Source of the DNA: Acidaminococcaceae bacterium
GTDB lineage: Bacteria > Actinomycetota > Actinomycetes > Actinomycetales > Bifidobacteriaceae
NCBI GenBank assembly: GCA_963619075.1
Contig: CAVEVJ010000022.1
Coordinates: forward strand, 1 to 32,836
DNA: 32,836 nt
Direction of reading: 5' to 3'
Shown: positions 1 through 9,798 of the stretch, in pieces
Layout of the letters: each line of letters starts with the position of its first letter
How positions within the stretch are numbered: the first letter of the stretch is position 1
Notes under the pieces: model-generated
Told to the model about the DNA's origin: nothing
Seen by the model: the letters and a program-made list of their open reading frames with translations, nothing else
The model's database searches: none
Program-made: the position numbers and the translations under genes

Positions 1-1
1 A

Positions 2-1594
2 GTATCCCTGATCGTCGGTGCGCGCAAGGTGCATGCCGATCGTAAATTCTCGAATTACTCGCGAATCGGCGAAATACCGTTCACATCCGAACGAAAGCGC
101 ATGTCGATCGTTGCGCAGGACAACGCCGATGCCGGCAAACTTACGGTCTTTTCGAAGGGCGCTCCGGATGTGTTGCTCGGCTATTGCGACAGAATCGCGG
201 TCGGCGGCGCCGTTCGGCCGATGACGGAAGGTGACCGCCAGCAGATTCTTGCTACCGTCGAACGACTTTCCTCGGAAGCGTACCGTACGTTGGGGCAGGC
301 CTACCGTCCGCTCGGCAGCGCATCGCTCGCCGACGTGGAAGGCATCACGCTCAATACGGCAGGCCAGGTGGCCGATATCGCGGAACAAAGCGACGTGCTG
401 GAAAGCGATCTGATCTGGGTCGGCATGGTCGGTATCATCGATCCTCCGCGTACCGAAGTGCGAGACTCCGTTGCCGAAGCGCATCGCGCGGGCATCCGTA
501 CGGTCATGATTACGGGCGATCATCCGCTCACAGCGGCCCGCATAGCCGCCGATCTGGGCATCATTGAACCGGGCGGCAAGGCCATGACCGGCAGCCAACT
601 GGACGCATTGCCCGACGAAGCGGCGTTCGACAAGGTGACTTCGCAGATTTCCGTATATGCGAGAGTCGCGCCGGAGCACAAGCTGAAGATCGTGGAGTCG
701 CTGCAACGGCAAGGCAACATCGTGGCGATGACCGGTGACGGCGTGAACGACGCTCCGGCGGTCAAAACCGCCGACATCGGCGTGGCGATGGGCATCACCG
801 GCACTGAAGTGACCAAGCAAAGCGCCAAGATGATTCTTGCCGACGACAATTTCAGCACCATCGTCGCCGCAGTGCGTGAAGGACGCGGAATCTTCGACAA
901 CATCAAGAAGTTCCTGCGCTACCTGCTGAGCTCCAACGTGGGCGAGGTCTTTACCGTATTCGGCGGTGTGATGCTTGCCGGATTCCTCGGCATCACCCAG
1001 CCGGGCACGCAAGGCGTGACCGTGCCGTTGCTCGCTACGCAGCTGCTGTGGATCAACTTGCTGACTGATGCGGCTCCGGCGCTCGCCATGGGCGTGGACC
1101 CCTCCACCGATGACGTGATGAAACGCAAGCCGCGTCGACTGACCGATCGAGTGATCGACGCGGAAATGTGGCGCGACATCATTTTCATCGGCGTGATCAT
1201 GGCCGCGGTGACGTTGATCGGCATGGACATGCATCTCGCCGGAGGCTTGTTCACGGATCGTTCCGTGGAGGCCATCGGCCATGAAGCCCAGATGACCGAA
1301 GCCCGCACGATGGGATTCACGATTCTTGTGTTCGCCCAGATGTTCAACGCGCTCGCCTCGCGTTCGCACGAACAATCGGTGTTCGTCGGACTGTTCGCCA
1401 ACAAGTGGCTGTGGGGCGCCATCGGTGTTTCCGTGGTGCTGCAGCTGGTGGTGATCTACGTGCCGTTCCTCAACACCGCGTTCGGCACCGTGCCGCTTTC
1501 GGCTGGTGCGTGGGTGGAATGCATCGGACTTGCGTTGTTCGTGCTCGTTGCGTCCGAACTACGAAAGTGCGTGCTGCGGATGATGCATAAGTGA
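2..1594 (+). CDS. Cation-transporting P-type ATPase (type IIA/Ca2+-like), 5'-truncated by window edge
   Basis: Frame open from position 2; motifs PFTSERKRMS, KGAPD, DPPR, MITGDH, TGDGVNDAPA, QLLWINLLTD; hydrophobic C-terminal helices; TGA at 1592-1594. Confidence 0.95.
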   Translation, partial: VSLIVGARKVHADRKFSNYSRIGEIPFTSERKRMSIVAQDNADAGKLTVFSKGAPDVLLGYCDRIAVGGAVRPMTEGDRQQILATVERLSSEAYRTLGQAYRPLGSASLADVEGITLNTAGQVADIAEQSDVLESDLIWVGMVGIIDPPRTEVRDSVAEAHRAGIRTVMITGDHPLTAARIAADLGIIEPGGKAMTGSQLDALPDEAAFDKVTSQISVYARVAPEHKLKIVESLQRQGNIVAMTGDGVNDAPAVKTADIGVAMGITGTEVTKQSAKMILADDNFSTIVAAVREGRGIFDNIKKFLRYLLSSNVGEVFTVFGGVMLAGFLGITQPGTQGVTVPLLATQLLWINLLTDAAPALAMGVDPSTDDVMKRKPRRLTDRVIDAEMWRDIIFIGVIMAAVTLIGMDMHLAGGLFTDRSVEAIGHEAQMTEARTMGFTILVFAQMFNALASRSHEQSVFVGLFANKWLWGAIGVSVVLQLVVIYVPFLNTAFGTVPLSAGAWVECIGLALFVLVASELRKCVLRMMHK

Positions 1595-1644
1595 TTGCGA
1601 TTCGTGCGCAATTCGCACGCGACGTCGGCAGACACGTCGGATAT

Positions 1645-1682
1645 CCGGTTGCGATTCGGAATCGATTCGGAATCGCAACCGG
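1645..1682. terminator. Near-perfect palindrome between convergent genes (probable bidirectional terminator)
   Basis: CCGGTTGCGATTC (1645-1657) / GAATCGCAACCGG (1670-1682) arms around a self-palindromic GAATCGATTC core; lies between the ATPase and dcd stop codons; no clear U-tract. Confidence 0.65.
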
Positions 1683-1713
1683 TCCGGAATTCGGGATTAA
1701 TCCGGATTCAGTA

Positions 1714-2295
1714 TCAGTCTAGGATTTCGGCCTTGTAGAAGTTCTCGTAGGAGCGGCTGGGCGTGGGGCCGCGCTGGCCTTGGTAATGCGAACCGGTGGC
1801 TGCGGAACCGTAAGGATGTTCGGCGGGCGAGCTCAGTTGGAAGAAGCACATCTGACCGATCTTCATGCCCGGCCACAGCTTCACCGGCAACGTGGACACA
1901 TTCGACAATTCCAGCGTGATATGGCCTTCGAAACCAGGGTCGATGAAGCCTGCGGTGGAGTGTGTGAGAATGCCCAGTCGTCCCAGCGAGCTTTTGCCTT
2001 CCAAACGTGCGGCGATGCTCGAATCGAGCTTCACATACTCCCAAGTGGAACCGAGGGCGAATTCGCCGGGGTGCAGAATCCAAGGTTCGCCTGGCCTCAC
2101 TTCGAACTGCTCGGTCAGTTCGCCCTGGTTCTCGGCGGGATCCACATACGTGTATGCATGGTTGTTGAACAGGCGGAAGAACCGATCCAGACGCACGTCG
2201 ATCGACGCCGGCTGCACCATCTCCGGAGTCCACGGATCGAGCGAGATATGACCTTCGGACTGGGCGGCGAGAATGTCGCGATCGGACAGCAGCAT
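1714..2295 (-). CDS. dcd: dCTP deaminase
   Basis: MLLSDRDI start with [56 protein letters not shown] motifs. The ORF-track extension to 3180 is spurious. Confidence 0.97.
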   Translation of the reverse strand: MLLSDRDILAAQSEGHISLDPWTPEMVQPASIDVRLDRFFRLFNNHAYTYVDPAENQGELTEQFEVRPGEPWILHPGEFALGSTWEYVKLDSSIAARLEGKSSLGRLGILTHSTAGFIDPGFEGHITLELSNVSTLPVKLWPGMKIGQMCFFQLSSPAEHPYGSAATGSHYQGQRGPTPSRSYENFYKAEILD

Positions 2296-2365
2296 CGAAA
2301 CTCCTTCAAATGTATCCGCGCGCATTCCTCGCACGCAAAAATCAAACTGTCCCCAGTCTAGCGTG

Positions 2366-2407
2366 CCGTTACTATATCGGCCGTCATATTCGATTCCGTC
2401 ATATTCG
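2366..2407. repeat. 15-bp-period direct repeats in the divergent dcd/PucR-regulator promoter region
   Basis: CCGTCATATTCG at 2381 and 2396, degenerate CCGTTACTATATCG at 2366; TAGACT -10-like hexamer on the minus strand at 2355-2360. Confidence 0.55.
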
Positions 2408-2457
2408 GTGTCGGTAACGGCAATCTTTCCGATACAGTCGCGTGAGAGCATGCAGCG

Positions 2458-4080
2458 ATGACGGTGACGATGAGACAGCTGCTTACCGATGAGGACCTGC
2501 ACCTCCGAATCGTGTATGACGGCGGCAAAAACAGTTTGGACGGCGGCGTGATTTGGGTGCACGCCACGGATGTGGTGACGGCGGCCGAATATTCGGAACC
2601 CGGTGAGATTCTGCTGACGTGCTCCACGAACTTTCCCCTCGAGGATATGAGCAGCGCCAACGATCTGTCGTTGCTCAAACGCAATCGCCGCAAACTCGGA
2701 TTGAGCTCCCATTTCAAAAACGTCGAAGACGCTTACGACGAGATGTGGATGAAGTATGTGGAGACGCTGAGCCACGCCGGCATCCAGGCGATCGGACTCG
2801 GCGTCGTGATAAAGCATCACGTCGTTCCCAAAGCCCTGCTCGCCGCCGCGGTCAAGTACCATATCGTGCTGTTCGAAGTGCCGGGCGAAGTCAGCTTCTC
2901 CATGATCATGAAGGCGTTCCTCCGTTATCAGTCCGAAGAGGAGGAAACGGCCCAACGTCGAATGTATTCGATCCAGCATGACATGTTCAAAGCGCTGGGC
3001 TCGGACACCCCGCTGGAAAACGTCGTGTCGATGACGACCAGACTCGTCGGGGGATGGGCGGCTTTCGTGGACCATGAAGGCAACGTGCGGTTCGTGTCGA
3101 ACCGTAATATGGCCAAACGCGCCGGCGACCTCTACCGTGAATTCCAAAAACAGCTGGAAACCGAACCCGGCGATATTCACATGATGTACGGCGTCACCTC
3201 TGAAAGGAACCGCTATTTCGTCAGGTCATTGGAATCGGGTGGCAGATCATTGGGATGCGTGATGGCCGCTAGCGGCACTCGTTCCGATAACGGCGAGATA
3301 CTCCGTCCGATTGTGGCCGCGGCAGCCGAAGCAATCACATGCGTGCTTCCGCAGTTGATCGAACGATTCAATGGTATCTCGCGGTTGCGTACCGCGGTGT
3401 TCTGCGAGCTTGCCGGAGGCAACGCGCAATCGGCCATGACGTTCGCCGACGAGCTGTGGCCGACCAGATTCACATTCCCCGCGCGCGTGATGTGCGTGGC
3501 GCAGTCGGGGATAGACGCTTCGCGGCTATATCGGATCTTCGACAGGGAGGTTCCACGGAATCTGCGGATCAACTACGCCATTCATGACGGGCATCTATGG
3601 ATTGTGGCCGCGGAGGATGACCTGGAATGGGTGGGGCAATGGATGGAGGCGGATGGGTCGAGGACTTCCGCGGATAAGACGGTTGAAGGTTTTCCTGCGC
3701 TCGCGGAAGCCTTCGACGAGGTGAAGCGGAGTTTCAGCTTGAGGGAATACGGGCATCGTTCCGGCATATTGGATATCTCCCCGCATGAGCTCGTGCGCCC
3801 GGATGTCGCCCAAGCGTATGCCACGGAACTGCTAGGGCCCTTGCGCGAATTGCCACAGACCGAAACGAACAATCTGCTGCATACCATGCGGGAGCTGCTG
3901 GTAAGCGCGTTTAACGTGGGAGAGGCGGCCGCCCATATGCACGTGCACCGCCATACCGTCGAAAACCGGATGAGGAAAGTGGAGAATCTGCTGGGACTTG
4001 ACCTTTCGACGGAGTCCGATCGAGTGAAATTGTGGATCGCGTGCGCCTTCATTCGAGATTCCATGTCAACTTCATGTTAA
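2458..4080 (+). CDS. PucR/CdaR-family transcriptional regulator
   Basis: N-terminal purine-catabolism regulator domain ([25 protein letters not shown]) and C-terminal HTH ([27 protein letters not shown]). Confidence 0.9.
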   Translation: MTVTMRQLLTDEDLHLRIVYDGGKNSLDGGVIWVHATDVVTAAEYSEPGEILLTCSTNFPLEDMSSANDLSLLKRNRRKLGLSSHFKNVEDAYDEMWMKYVETLSHAGIQAIGLGVVIKHHVVPKALLAAAVKYHIVLFEVPGEVSFSMIMKAFLRYQSEEEETAQRRMYSIQHDMFKALGSDTPLENVVSMTTRLVGGWAAFVDHEGNVRFVSNRNMAKRAGDLYREFQKQLETEPGDIHMMYGVTSERNRYFVRSLESGGRSLGCVMAASGTRSDNGEILRPIVAAAAEAITCVLPQLIERFNGISRLRTAVFCELAGGNAQSAMTFADELWPTRFTFPARVMCVAQSGIDASRLYRIFDREVPRNLRINYAIHDGHLWIVAAEDDLEWVGQWMEADGSRTSADKTVEGFPALAEAFDEVKRSFSLREYGHRSGILDISPHELVRPDVAQAYATELLGPLRELPQTETNNLLHTMRELLVSAFNVGEAAAHMHVHRHTVENRMRKVENLLGLDLSTESDRVKLWIACAFIRDSMSTSC

Positions 4081-4369
4081 CTTCAGCATGCGCGTAAGTT
4101 CGGCGACGATACAGTGTCGTATTTCCGCCGATTCCTCTAGGGGGAAAATTTTTTCCACGAAAAACGTGATGATTTCAATGATTATGATACGTGACGGTCG
4201 GTTCTCCGGAAGTTTGTTACCGTCTCTTGTATTCGGATGATATGTCCATCGAAAATCGTTTGCCTGTACAACAAGTACATTGCATCCAACGAACGCTGTC
4301 TCCATAATTTCCAACCATCAAACGCTTGAGAACGAGAGTTCCGGCAGCGACCAAGGAGCAGGGGAAGAG

Positions 4370-5320
4370 ATGCTGAAATACATGTTGAAGCGGCTGCTAT
4401 CCGCCATACCGGTGTTGTTGATCGTTGGAATCATCGCCTTCATGCTTTCTCACATGAGTGGAGGCGATCCGGCGCGAGTGATCGCCGGAAACGATGCGAC
4501 CGATGCCCAGGTGGAAGCCATCCGAGAGCAAATGGGATTGAACTCGTCATTGCCCGACCAGTTGTGGTCGTGGTTTGTCAATCTGCTGCACGGCAATCTG
4601 GGATATTCGTACATCCTGAACGAGGACGTCACGCCCACGATTCTCTCTCATATTTTCCCGACGTTGTCCGTGGCTATCTTTGGAGAGCTCATCTCGCTGA
4701 TCATCGCCATTCCGCTTGGCGTTCTCGCCGCCGACAAGCACGGACGATTCGCGGACAAGGTGGTGCTCGCCTTCGCCACGCTCACCACGTCGTTGCCGAG
4801 CTTCCTTGCCGGACTTCTGCTGATGATCGTGTTTGTGCTGCAGCTGAAACTGCTGCCGGCCAGCGGTTTCGTCGAGCCGTCCGAAAGCATTTCCGGATAT
4901 CTGTCGCATTTGGTGTTGCCGGCGCTTTCGGTGGCCACTTTGCAAATCGCGATCATCTCCAGAATGAGCCGGTCGTCGATGATCGATTCCCTGAGCAGCG
5001 ACTACATTCGGACGGCCAATGCGAAGGGCCTGACACGAACCAGGCAGCTGTGGGTGCACGCTTTCAAAAACGCGGCGATTCCCATTCTGACGATCGTCGG
5101 ACAATCCTTCGGAGAGCTCATCGCCGGCGCCATCGTGGTGGAAACGGTGTTCAACGTTCCGGGAATAGGCCAGCTGGTCGTCAATTCGATTCTGAGACGT
5201 GACTATCAGATGATCCAGGGCGTGATGGTGTTCGTGGCGTTGGCGTTCATCGTGGTCAATCTCGTTACTGATCTGCTGTATGCGGCCATTGATCCGCGCA
5301 TCAGGGAAAGGTCGTTCTGA
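4370..5320 (+). CDS. dppB: Peptide/nickel-family ABC transporter permease (DppB-like)
   Basis: MLKYMLKRLLSAIP start after a purine-rich RBS; GDPA, GNLGYS, DYIRTANAKGL, ETVFNVPGIG, RDYQMIQG. Confidence 0.92.
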   Translation: MLKYMLKRLLSAIPVLLIVGIIAFMLSHMSGGDPARVIAGNDATDAQVEAIREQMGLNSSLPDQLWSWFVNLLHGNLGYSYILNEDVTPTILSHIFPTLSVAIFGELISLIIAIPLGVLAADKHGRFADKVVLAFATLTTSLPSFLAGLLLMIVFVLQLKLLPASGFVEPSESISGYLSHLVLPALSVATLQIAIISRMSRSSMIDSLSSDYIRTANAKGLTRTRQLWVHAFKNAAIPILTIVGQSFGELIAGAIVVETVFNVPGIGQLVVNSILRRDYQMIQGVMVFVALAFIVVNLVTDLLYAAIDPRIRERSF

Positions 5321-5322
5321 TT

Positions 5323-6177
5323 ATGGCTCAGGCAACTCGGAAATCATCCGGCAACAGCTGGATCGCGGCGGTCAAATCGTCGCCGACGACCATCATCGGA
5401 GGTCTGCTTCTCCTACTCATCGTAATCGCATGCTTCCTGCTGCCGTGGGCGCTCAACATGGACGCCTACACCACGGATACCGCGTCGATGACGCTCAAAC
5501 CAAGCGGCGACCATCTGATGGGAACCGACAACGTGGGACGAGACATACTCGCGCGAGTGCTCTTGGGCGGCAAATCGTCGCTCACCGTCGGAATCAGCGC
5601 GGCCGCGATCGCCGGCATCGCAGGATTCATCATCGGCCTGTATTCCGCCTACTATCCGAGGCTCGGATACCTGTTGATGCGTCTGTGCGACGGATTGATG
5701 GCATTCCCCGCGATCCTGTTCGGCATCGTGTTCATCACTTCGTTCGGACAGAGCACGCAGAGCGTGGTGTTCGCACTGTCCATCGTGTTCACGCCGATGG
5801 TCGCACGAGTGGTCCGTTCGGCCACGATGTCGAACATGAACGAAAACTACGTGCAGGTCCTCATCAATCTCGGTGCCAGCTCCTTCCGCATTCTCTGGAG
5901 GAACATAGCGCTCAATGTGATCGCATCATGGCTGGTCGAGGTAACGTTCGTCTTCGCCGACGCGATCCTCGTGGAAGCGGCCATGAGCTTTATCGGCGCC
6001 GGCATCCCGCAGCCGCTGCCAAGCTGGGGCAACATGCTGTACGACAGCCGAACCTACATCTATTCGGCCTGGTGGATGACCGTATTCCCGGGAGTCGCAT
6101 TGGCCCTCACCGTATTCATCATCAACATGTTCGGCGACGGTCTGCGCGAAGTGCTCGACCCCAAGAGAAGGAAGTGA
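5323..6177 (+). CDS. dppC: Peptide/nickel-family ABC transporter permease (DppC-like)
   Basis: HLMGTDNVGRDILAR, EAAMSFIGAG, PSWGNML, GDGLREVLDP. Confidence 0.92.
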   Translation: MAQATRKSSGNSWIAAVKSSPTTIIGGLLLLLIVIACFLLPWALNMDAYTTDTASMTLKPSGDHLMGTDNVGRDILARVLLGGKSSLTVGISAAAIAGIAGFIIGLYSAYYPRLGYLLMRLCDGLMAFPAILFGIVFITSFGQSTQSVVFALSIVFTPMVARVVRSATMSNMNENYVQVLINLGASSFRILWRNIALNVIASWLVEVTFVFADAILVEAAMSFIGAGIPQPLPSWGNMLYDSRTYIYSAWWMTVFPGVALALTVFIINMFGDGLREVLDPKRRK

Positions 6178-6180
6178 CCC

Positions 6181-7188
6181 ATGACGACGCAGACACTACT
6201 CGACGTCAACAATCTCAAGGTGAGCTTTAAAAGCGGCCGCAAGGAATGGAACGCAGCCGTGGAAGGGGTCAACTTTTCCGTGGGATGCGGCGAGATCCTC
6301 GGCATCGTCGGAGAATCGGGATGCGGTAAAAGCGTCACCTCGTTCTCCGTGCTCAGACTGCACGACGAGCGAACCACCCGATACGAAGGCACGGTGACGT
6401 TCGACGGAAAGAACATTTTCGAACTTTCCGATCGCGAACTGCAGAAGCTGCGCGGCAGCGACATCGGATTCATCTTCCAGAACCCGATGTCCAGCCTCAA
6501 TCCGCTGATGACCATCGGCAAGCAGCTGGCGGAAACCGTGACCGCGCACAACAAGAACCTTTCCAAGGAGGACATCAACGGCCGCTGCCTCCAGGCGCTG
6601 GAAGAAGCGGGCGCGAACGATCCGGAAGGATGGTTGCCCAAGTATCCGTACCAGATGTCCGGCGGCCAGCTCCAGCGAGTCGTCATAGCCATGGCTCTGA
6701 TCAACAAGCCGAAACTGCTCATCGCCGACGAGCCGACCACCGCCTTGGACGTGACCATCCAGATGCAGCTGCTCCGCGTGCTTCGACAGCTGCGCGACGA
6801 ACAGGGGATGAGCATCATCCTGATCACCCACGATATGGGCGTTGTGGCGCAGATGTGCGACAAGGTCGCGGTCATGTACCTCGGCCAGGTCGTGGAAAGC
6901 GCTCCGGTCGACGAACTTTTCGCGAACCCGAAGCATCCATACACCCAAGGTCTTCTCGGAGCCACCCCACCTCTTGAAGGAGACCGGCCGGAACGGCTTG
7001 AAACGATTCCCGGTTCGGTGCCGAGATTGTCCGACGTCAAGGCCGGTTGCCGATTCGCATCGCGATGCCCGTTCGCCACGGATCTGTGCAAGACCGGAAA
7101 TATCGGCATGAGCGACATCAACGACCATCACCAGGCGAGATGCGTTCGGCTCTCTCAGAACGATGGATTCAGAAAGACGGTGGCATGA
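6181..7188 (+). CDS. dppD: Peptide ABC transporter ATP-binding protein (DppD-like) with Cys-rich C-terminal extension
   Basis: Walker A GESGCGKS, MSGGQLQRV, IADEPTTALD, HPYT, GCRFASRCPFATDLC...C. Confidence 0.94.
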   Translation: MTTQTLLDVNNLKVSFKSGRKEWNAAVEGVNFSVGCGEILGIVGESGCGKSVTSFSVLRLHDERTTRYEGTVTFDGKNIFELSDRELQKLRGSDIGFIFQNPMSSLNPLMTIGKQLAETVTAHNKNLSKEDINGRCLQALEEAGANDPEGWLPKYPYQMSGGQLQRVVIAMALINKPKLLIADEPTTALDVTIQMQLLRVLRQLRDEQGMSIILITHDMGVVAQMCDKVAVMYLGQVVESAPVDELFANPKHPYTQGLLGATPPLEGDRPERLETIPGSVPRLSDVKAGCRFASRCPFATDLCKTGNIGMSDINDHHQARCVRLSQNDGFRKTVA

Positions 7189-8015
7189 TGAATGAAGAAC
7201 CACGGCCGATCCTGCAGGTCAACAGCATTTACAAGGATTACGTGACGAGAAGTTTCTCGCACGGCAAGGCGGATGTGTTCCATGCGCTGAACAACGTATC
7301 GTTCGAATTGTTCGAAAAGCAGACGTACGCGTTGGTCGGCGAATCCGGCAGCGGCAAGAGCACCACGGGAAAAATCATCTGCGCATTGGAAAAGCCGACA
7401 TCCGGTTCGGTGGTGTTCGAAAACGAAAACTATGTGGACGTCTCACCCCGCAGACTTCGTGAACGCATCCGCGGCAACATCCAAATGGTGTTCCAGGATC
7501 CGTTCTCCGCGCTGAACCCGCGAAAAACCGTCGGCGATGCGATTGTGGAGGCGTTGGAAATCCAGCATATCGGGGCTGACCACGCCGAAAGAAAGGCCAT
7601 CGCCGCGCAAACCCTGGAAAAAGTGGGATTGTCCACATGGCATATGGACCGGTATCCACACCAGTTCTCCGGCGGCCAGCTCCAGCGAGTGAACATCGCT
7701 AGGGCGCTCGCGGTCAAGCCGAAGATCCTCATACTCGACGAATCGGTTTCCGCATTGGATGTGTCGGTCCAGGCGCAGGTGCTCAACCTTCTGCAGGACC
7801 TCAAGGAGGAATTCTCCCTGAGCTATCTGTTCATCACGCATGATCTCAGCGTCGTGCGGTTCATCGCCGATCGTGTAGGCGTGCTGTGTCGTGGAGACCT
7901 GGTCGAGGAGGGGAGTGTCGAGCAGATCTTCTCCAATCCGCAGACCGAATACACGCGCAATCTTCTGAACAGCATTCCGGTTCCCAACCCGGCCCGTCGC
8001 CAACTTGCGGTCTGA
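7185..8015 (+). CDS. dppF: Peptide ABC transporter ATP-binding protein (DppF-like)
   Basis: ATGA overlap with the upstream stop; GESGSGKS, FQDPFSALNPR, YPHQFSGGQLQR, LDESVSALD, ITHDL. Confidence 0.93.
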   Translation: MMNEEPRPILQVNSIYKDYVTRSFSHGKADVFHALNNVSFELFEKQTYALVGESGSGKSTTGKIICALEKPTSGSVVFENENYVDVSPRRLRERIRGNIQMVFQDPFSALNPRKTVGDAIVEALEIQHIGADHAERKAIAAQTLEKVGLSTWHMDRYPHQFSGGQLQRVNIARALAVKPKILILDESVSALDVSVQAQVLNLLQDLKEEFSLSYLFITHDLSVVRFIADRVGVLCRGDLVEEGSVEQIFSNPQTEYTRNLLNSIPVPNPARRQLAV

Positions 8016-8115
8016 CGGGCGCGCCATACGAAACGTCACAACACACAACACGAACAAAACCACAAGGAACAAGCAAACAGACTTTGCCAAACCATTTCAG
8101 GAAAGAGAGGAAATC

Positions 8116-9669
8116 ATGAACAGGTTCGGTAGGAAGATAGTGGCCGTCGCAGCGGCGGCCGCCATGCTCGCCAGCTTCTCCGCCTGCGGATCCGGCTCCA
8201 GCTCGAGCGCGGCCGATGGCGGAACTATCAAAATCGCCCTGGGCGCCAATATCACCAGCCTTGATCCGATGATCACCGGAGCCTATGTTGCCCGAGACAC
8301 GATGCGCAACATGTACGAGTCCTTGGTGACGCTGACCGAAAGCGGCGATGTCGCACCGCTCCTCGCCGAAAGCTACGAGGTCAGCGACGACTATAAGACC
8401 TTCACGTTCAAGCTCCGCCAGGGCGTCAAGTTCCACAACGGCGACACCATGGAAGCGGAGGACGTCGTGGCCTCCATGGAACGCTGGATCGAACTTTCCC
8501 AGGTGGGAAGCACGTTCTTCACCGGCGCCACCGTGGAAGCCACGGACGACGAAACCGTGGTGATCACCTCTCCGGAAGCAGTGTCGACAGGACTGTATCT
8601 GATGGCCGACAGCGCAAGGTCCGCGGCCATCATGCCAAAGGAAGTGCTTGACGCGGCCGACGACACCGGTGTGAAGGAATACGTGGGCACCGGTCCGTAC
8701 AAGTATTCGGATTGGACCAAGGACGTCTCCATCGTGCTGGAAAAGTTCGAGGACTACACGTCTCCGGAAGGCGAGACGGACGGCTATTCGGGCGCACGCA
8801 CCCCTTCGGTCGACAAGCTCGAATTCGATTTCGTCACCGACGGAACGACACGACTGACGGGCGCGCTCAGCGGACAGTACGAAATCGGCTATTCCCTGGC
8901 CGACTCCCAGTACGATCAGGCGAAGTCCGATTCGAACGTGACCGTGGAGAAGGACGAAATGCTCGAAACCCTGGTCTTCAACAAGAAGAAGGGCATCTTC
9001 GTCGACAACCAGAAGCTGCGTCAGGCGATCCTTGCGGCGCTTGATCTGAGCAGCGTGGCGAAGGCCGGCCACCAGAACTCCGACCTGTACACCAACGATG
9101 GCGGTCTGATGCCGGAAGGCAATCCGCTCCGAAGCGAATCCAGCCTTGAGAAGTACAACAATCCGGATCTCACCGAAGCCAAGAAACTCGTTGAGGAATC
9201 GGGCTACGACGGCTCCACCATCAGGCTCATGACCACCAAGGATTATCCGTACATGTACGACGAAAGCATGGAGATCCAGAACGAGCTCAAGGGAATCGGC
9301 ATCACCGTCGACGTGCAGGTTCTCGACTGGGCCAGCGTGATGCAGAAGCTCTTCCAGGAAGACGCTTGGGACATGGCGATCACCAGCTACAGCTATTCCT
9401 CCACTCCGATCTGCTACTCCTTCTTCCAGAGCTCCGGCGCGGGCTGGAACACGGATCCGGAATTCATGGAGATCGCCAACGCCATCAACGCAGCCACCAG
9501 CGAGGATGCGCAGAAGGAAGGCTACGACAAGCTGCAGGACTGGTTCTACGACTACGTGCCGAACATCATCATCAGCAAGTACCAGCAGATCAGCGTGGTC
9601 TCCAACAAGATCTCCGGCTACGGAGCAGGCTTGCAGGGCCCGGTCTACTACAACATGAAGCTCAGCTGA
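8116..9669 (+). CDS. Family 5 ABC substrate-binding lipoprotein (DppA/OppA-like)
   Basis: RBS GAAAGAGAGG; signal peptide with lipobox FSAC; SLDP, YESLV, FTFKLRQGVKFHNG, GTGPY motifs. Confidence 0.92.
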   Translation: MNRFGRKIVAVAAAAAMLASFSACGSGSSSSAADGGTIKIALGANITSLDPMITGAYVARDTMRNMYESLVTLTESGDVAPLLAESYEVSDDYKTFTFKLRQGVKFHNGDTMEAEDVVASMERWIELSQVGSTFFTGATVEATDDETVVITSPEAVSTGLYLMADSARSAAIMPKEVLDAADDTGVKEYVGTGPYKYSDWTKDVSIVLEKFEDYTSPEGETDGYSGARTPSVDKLEFDFVTDGTTRLTGALSGQYEIGYSLADSQYDQAKSDSNVTVEKDEMLETLVFNKKKGIFVDNQKLRQAILAALDLSSVAKAGHQNSDLYTNDGGLMPEGNPLRSESSLEKYNNPDLTEAKKLVEESGYDGSTIRLMTTKDYPYMYDESMEIQNELKGIGITVDVQVLDWASVMQKLFQEDAWDMAITSYSYSSTPICYSFFQSSGAGWNTDPEFMEIANAINAATSEDAQKEGYDKLQDWFYDYVPNIIISKYQQISVVSNKISGYGAGLQGPVYYNMKLS

Positions 9670-9681
9670 GCTGAAATCTGA

Positions 9682-9731
9682 GAACGCCTGCCTGCATCGC
9701 AGGAGTCGCTTAGCGATGCAGGCAGGCGTTC
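9682..9731 (+). terminator. Long stem-loop after the SBP gene (mRNA stabiliser or partial terminator)
   Basis: Perfect 19-bp arms GAACGCCTGCCTGCATCGC (9682-9700) / GCGATGCAGGCAGGCGTTC (9713-9731), 12-nt loop, no real U-tract. Confidence 0.7.
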
Positions 9732-9798
9732 ATTATGCGAACAAGGTGCCGTTGCGAACACCGCATCTGACGAATACCGCACCTGAGGGGAGAGAACG

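Noticed and set aside
2296..3180. Apparent 295-aa N-terminal extension of Dcd
   Set aside because: Overlaps the PucR gene antisense; a clear RBS and canonical MLLSDRD start lie at 2295.
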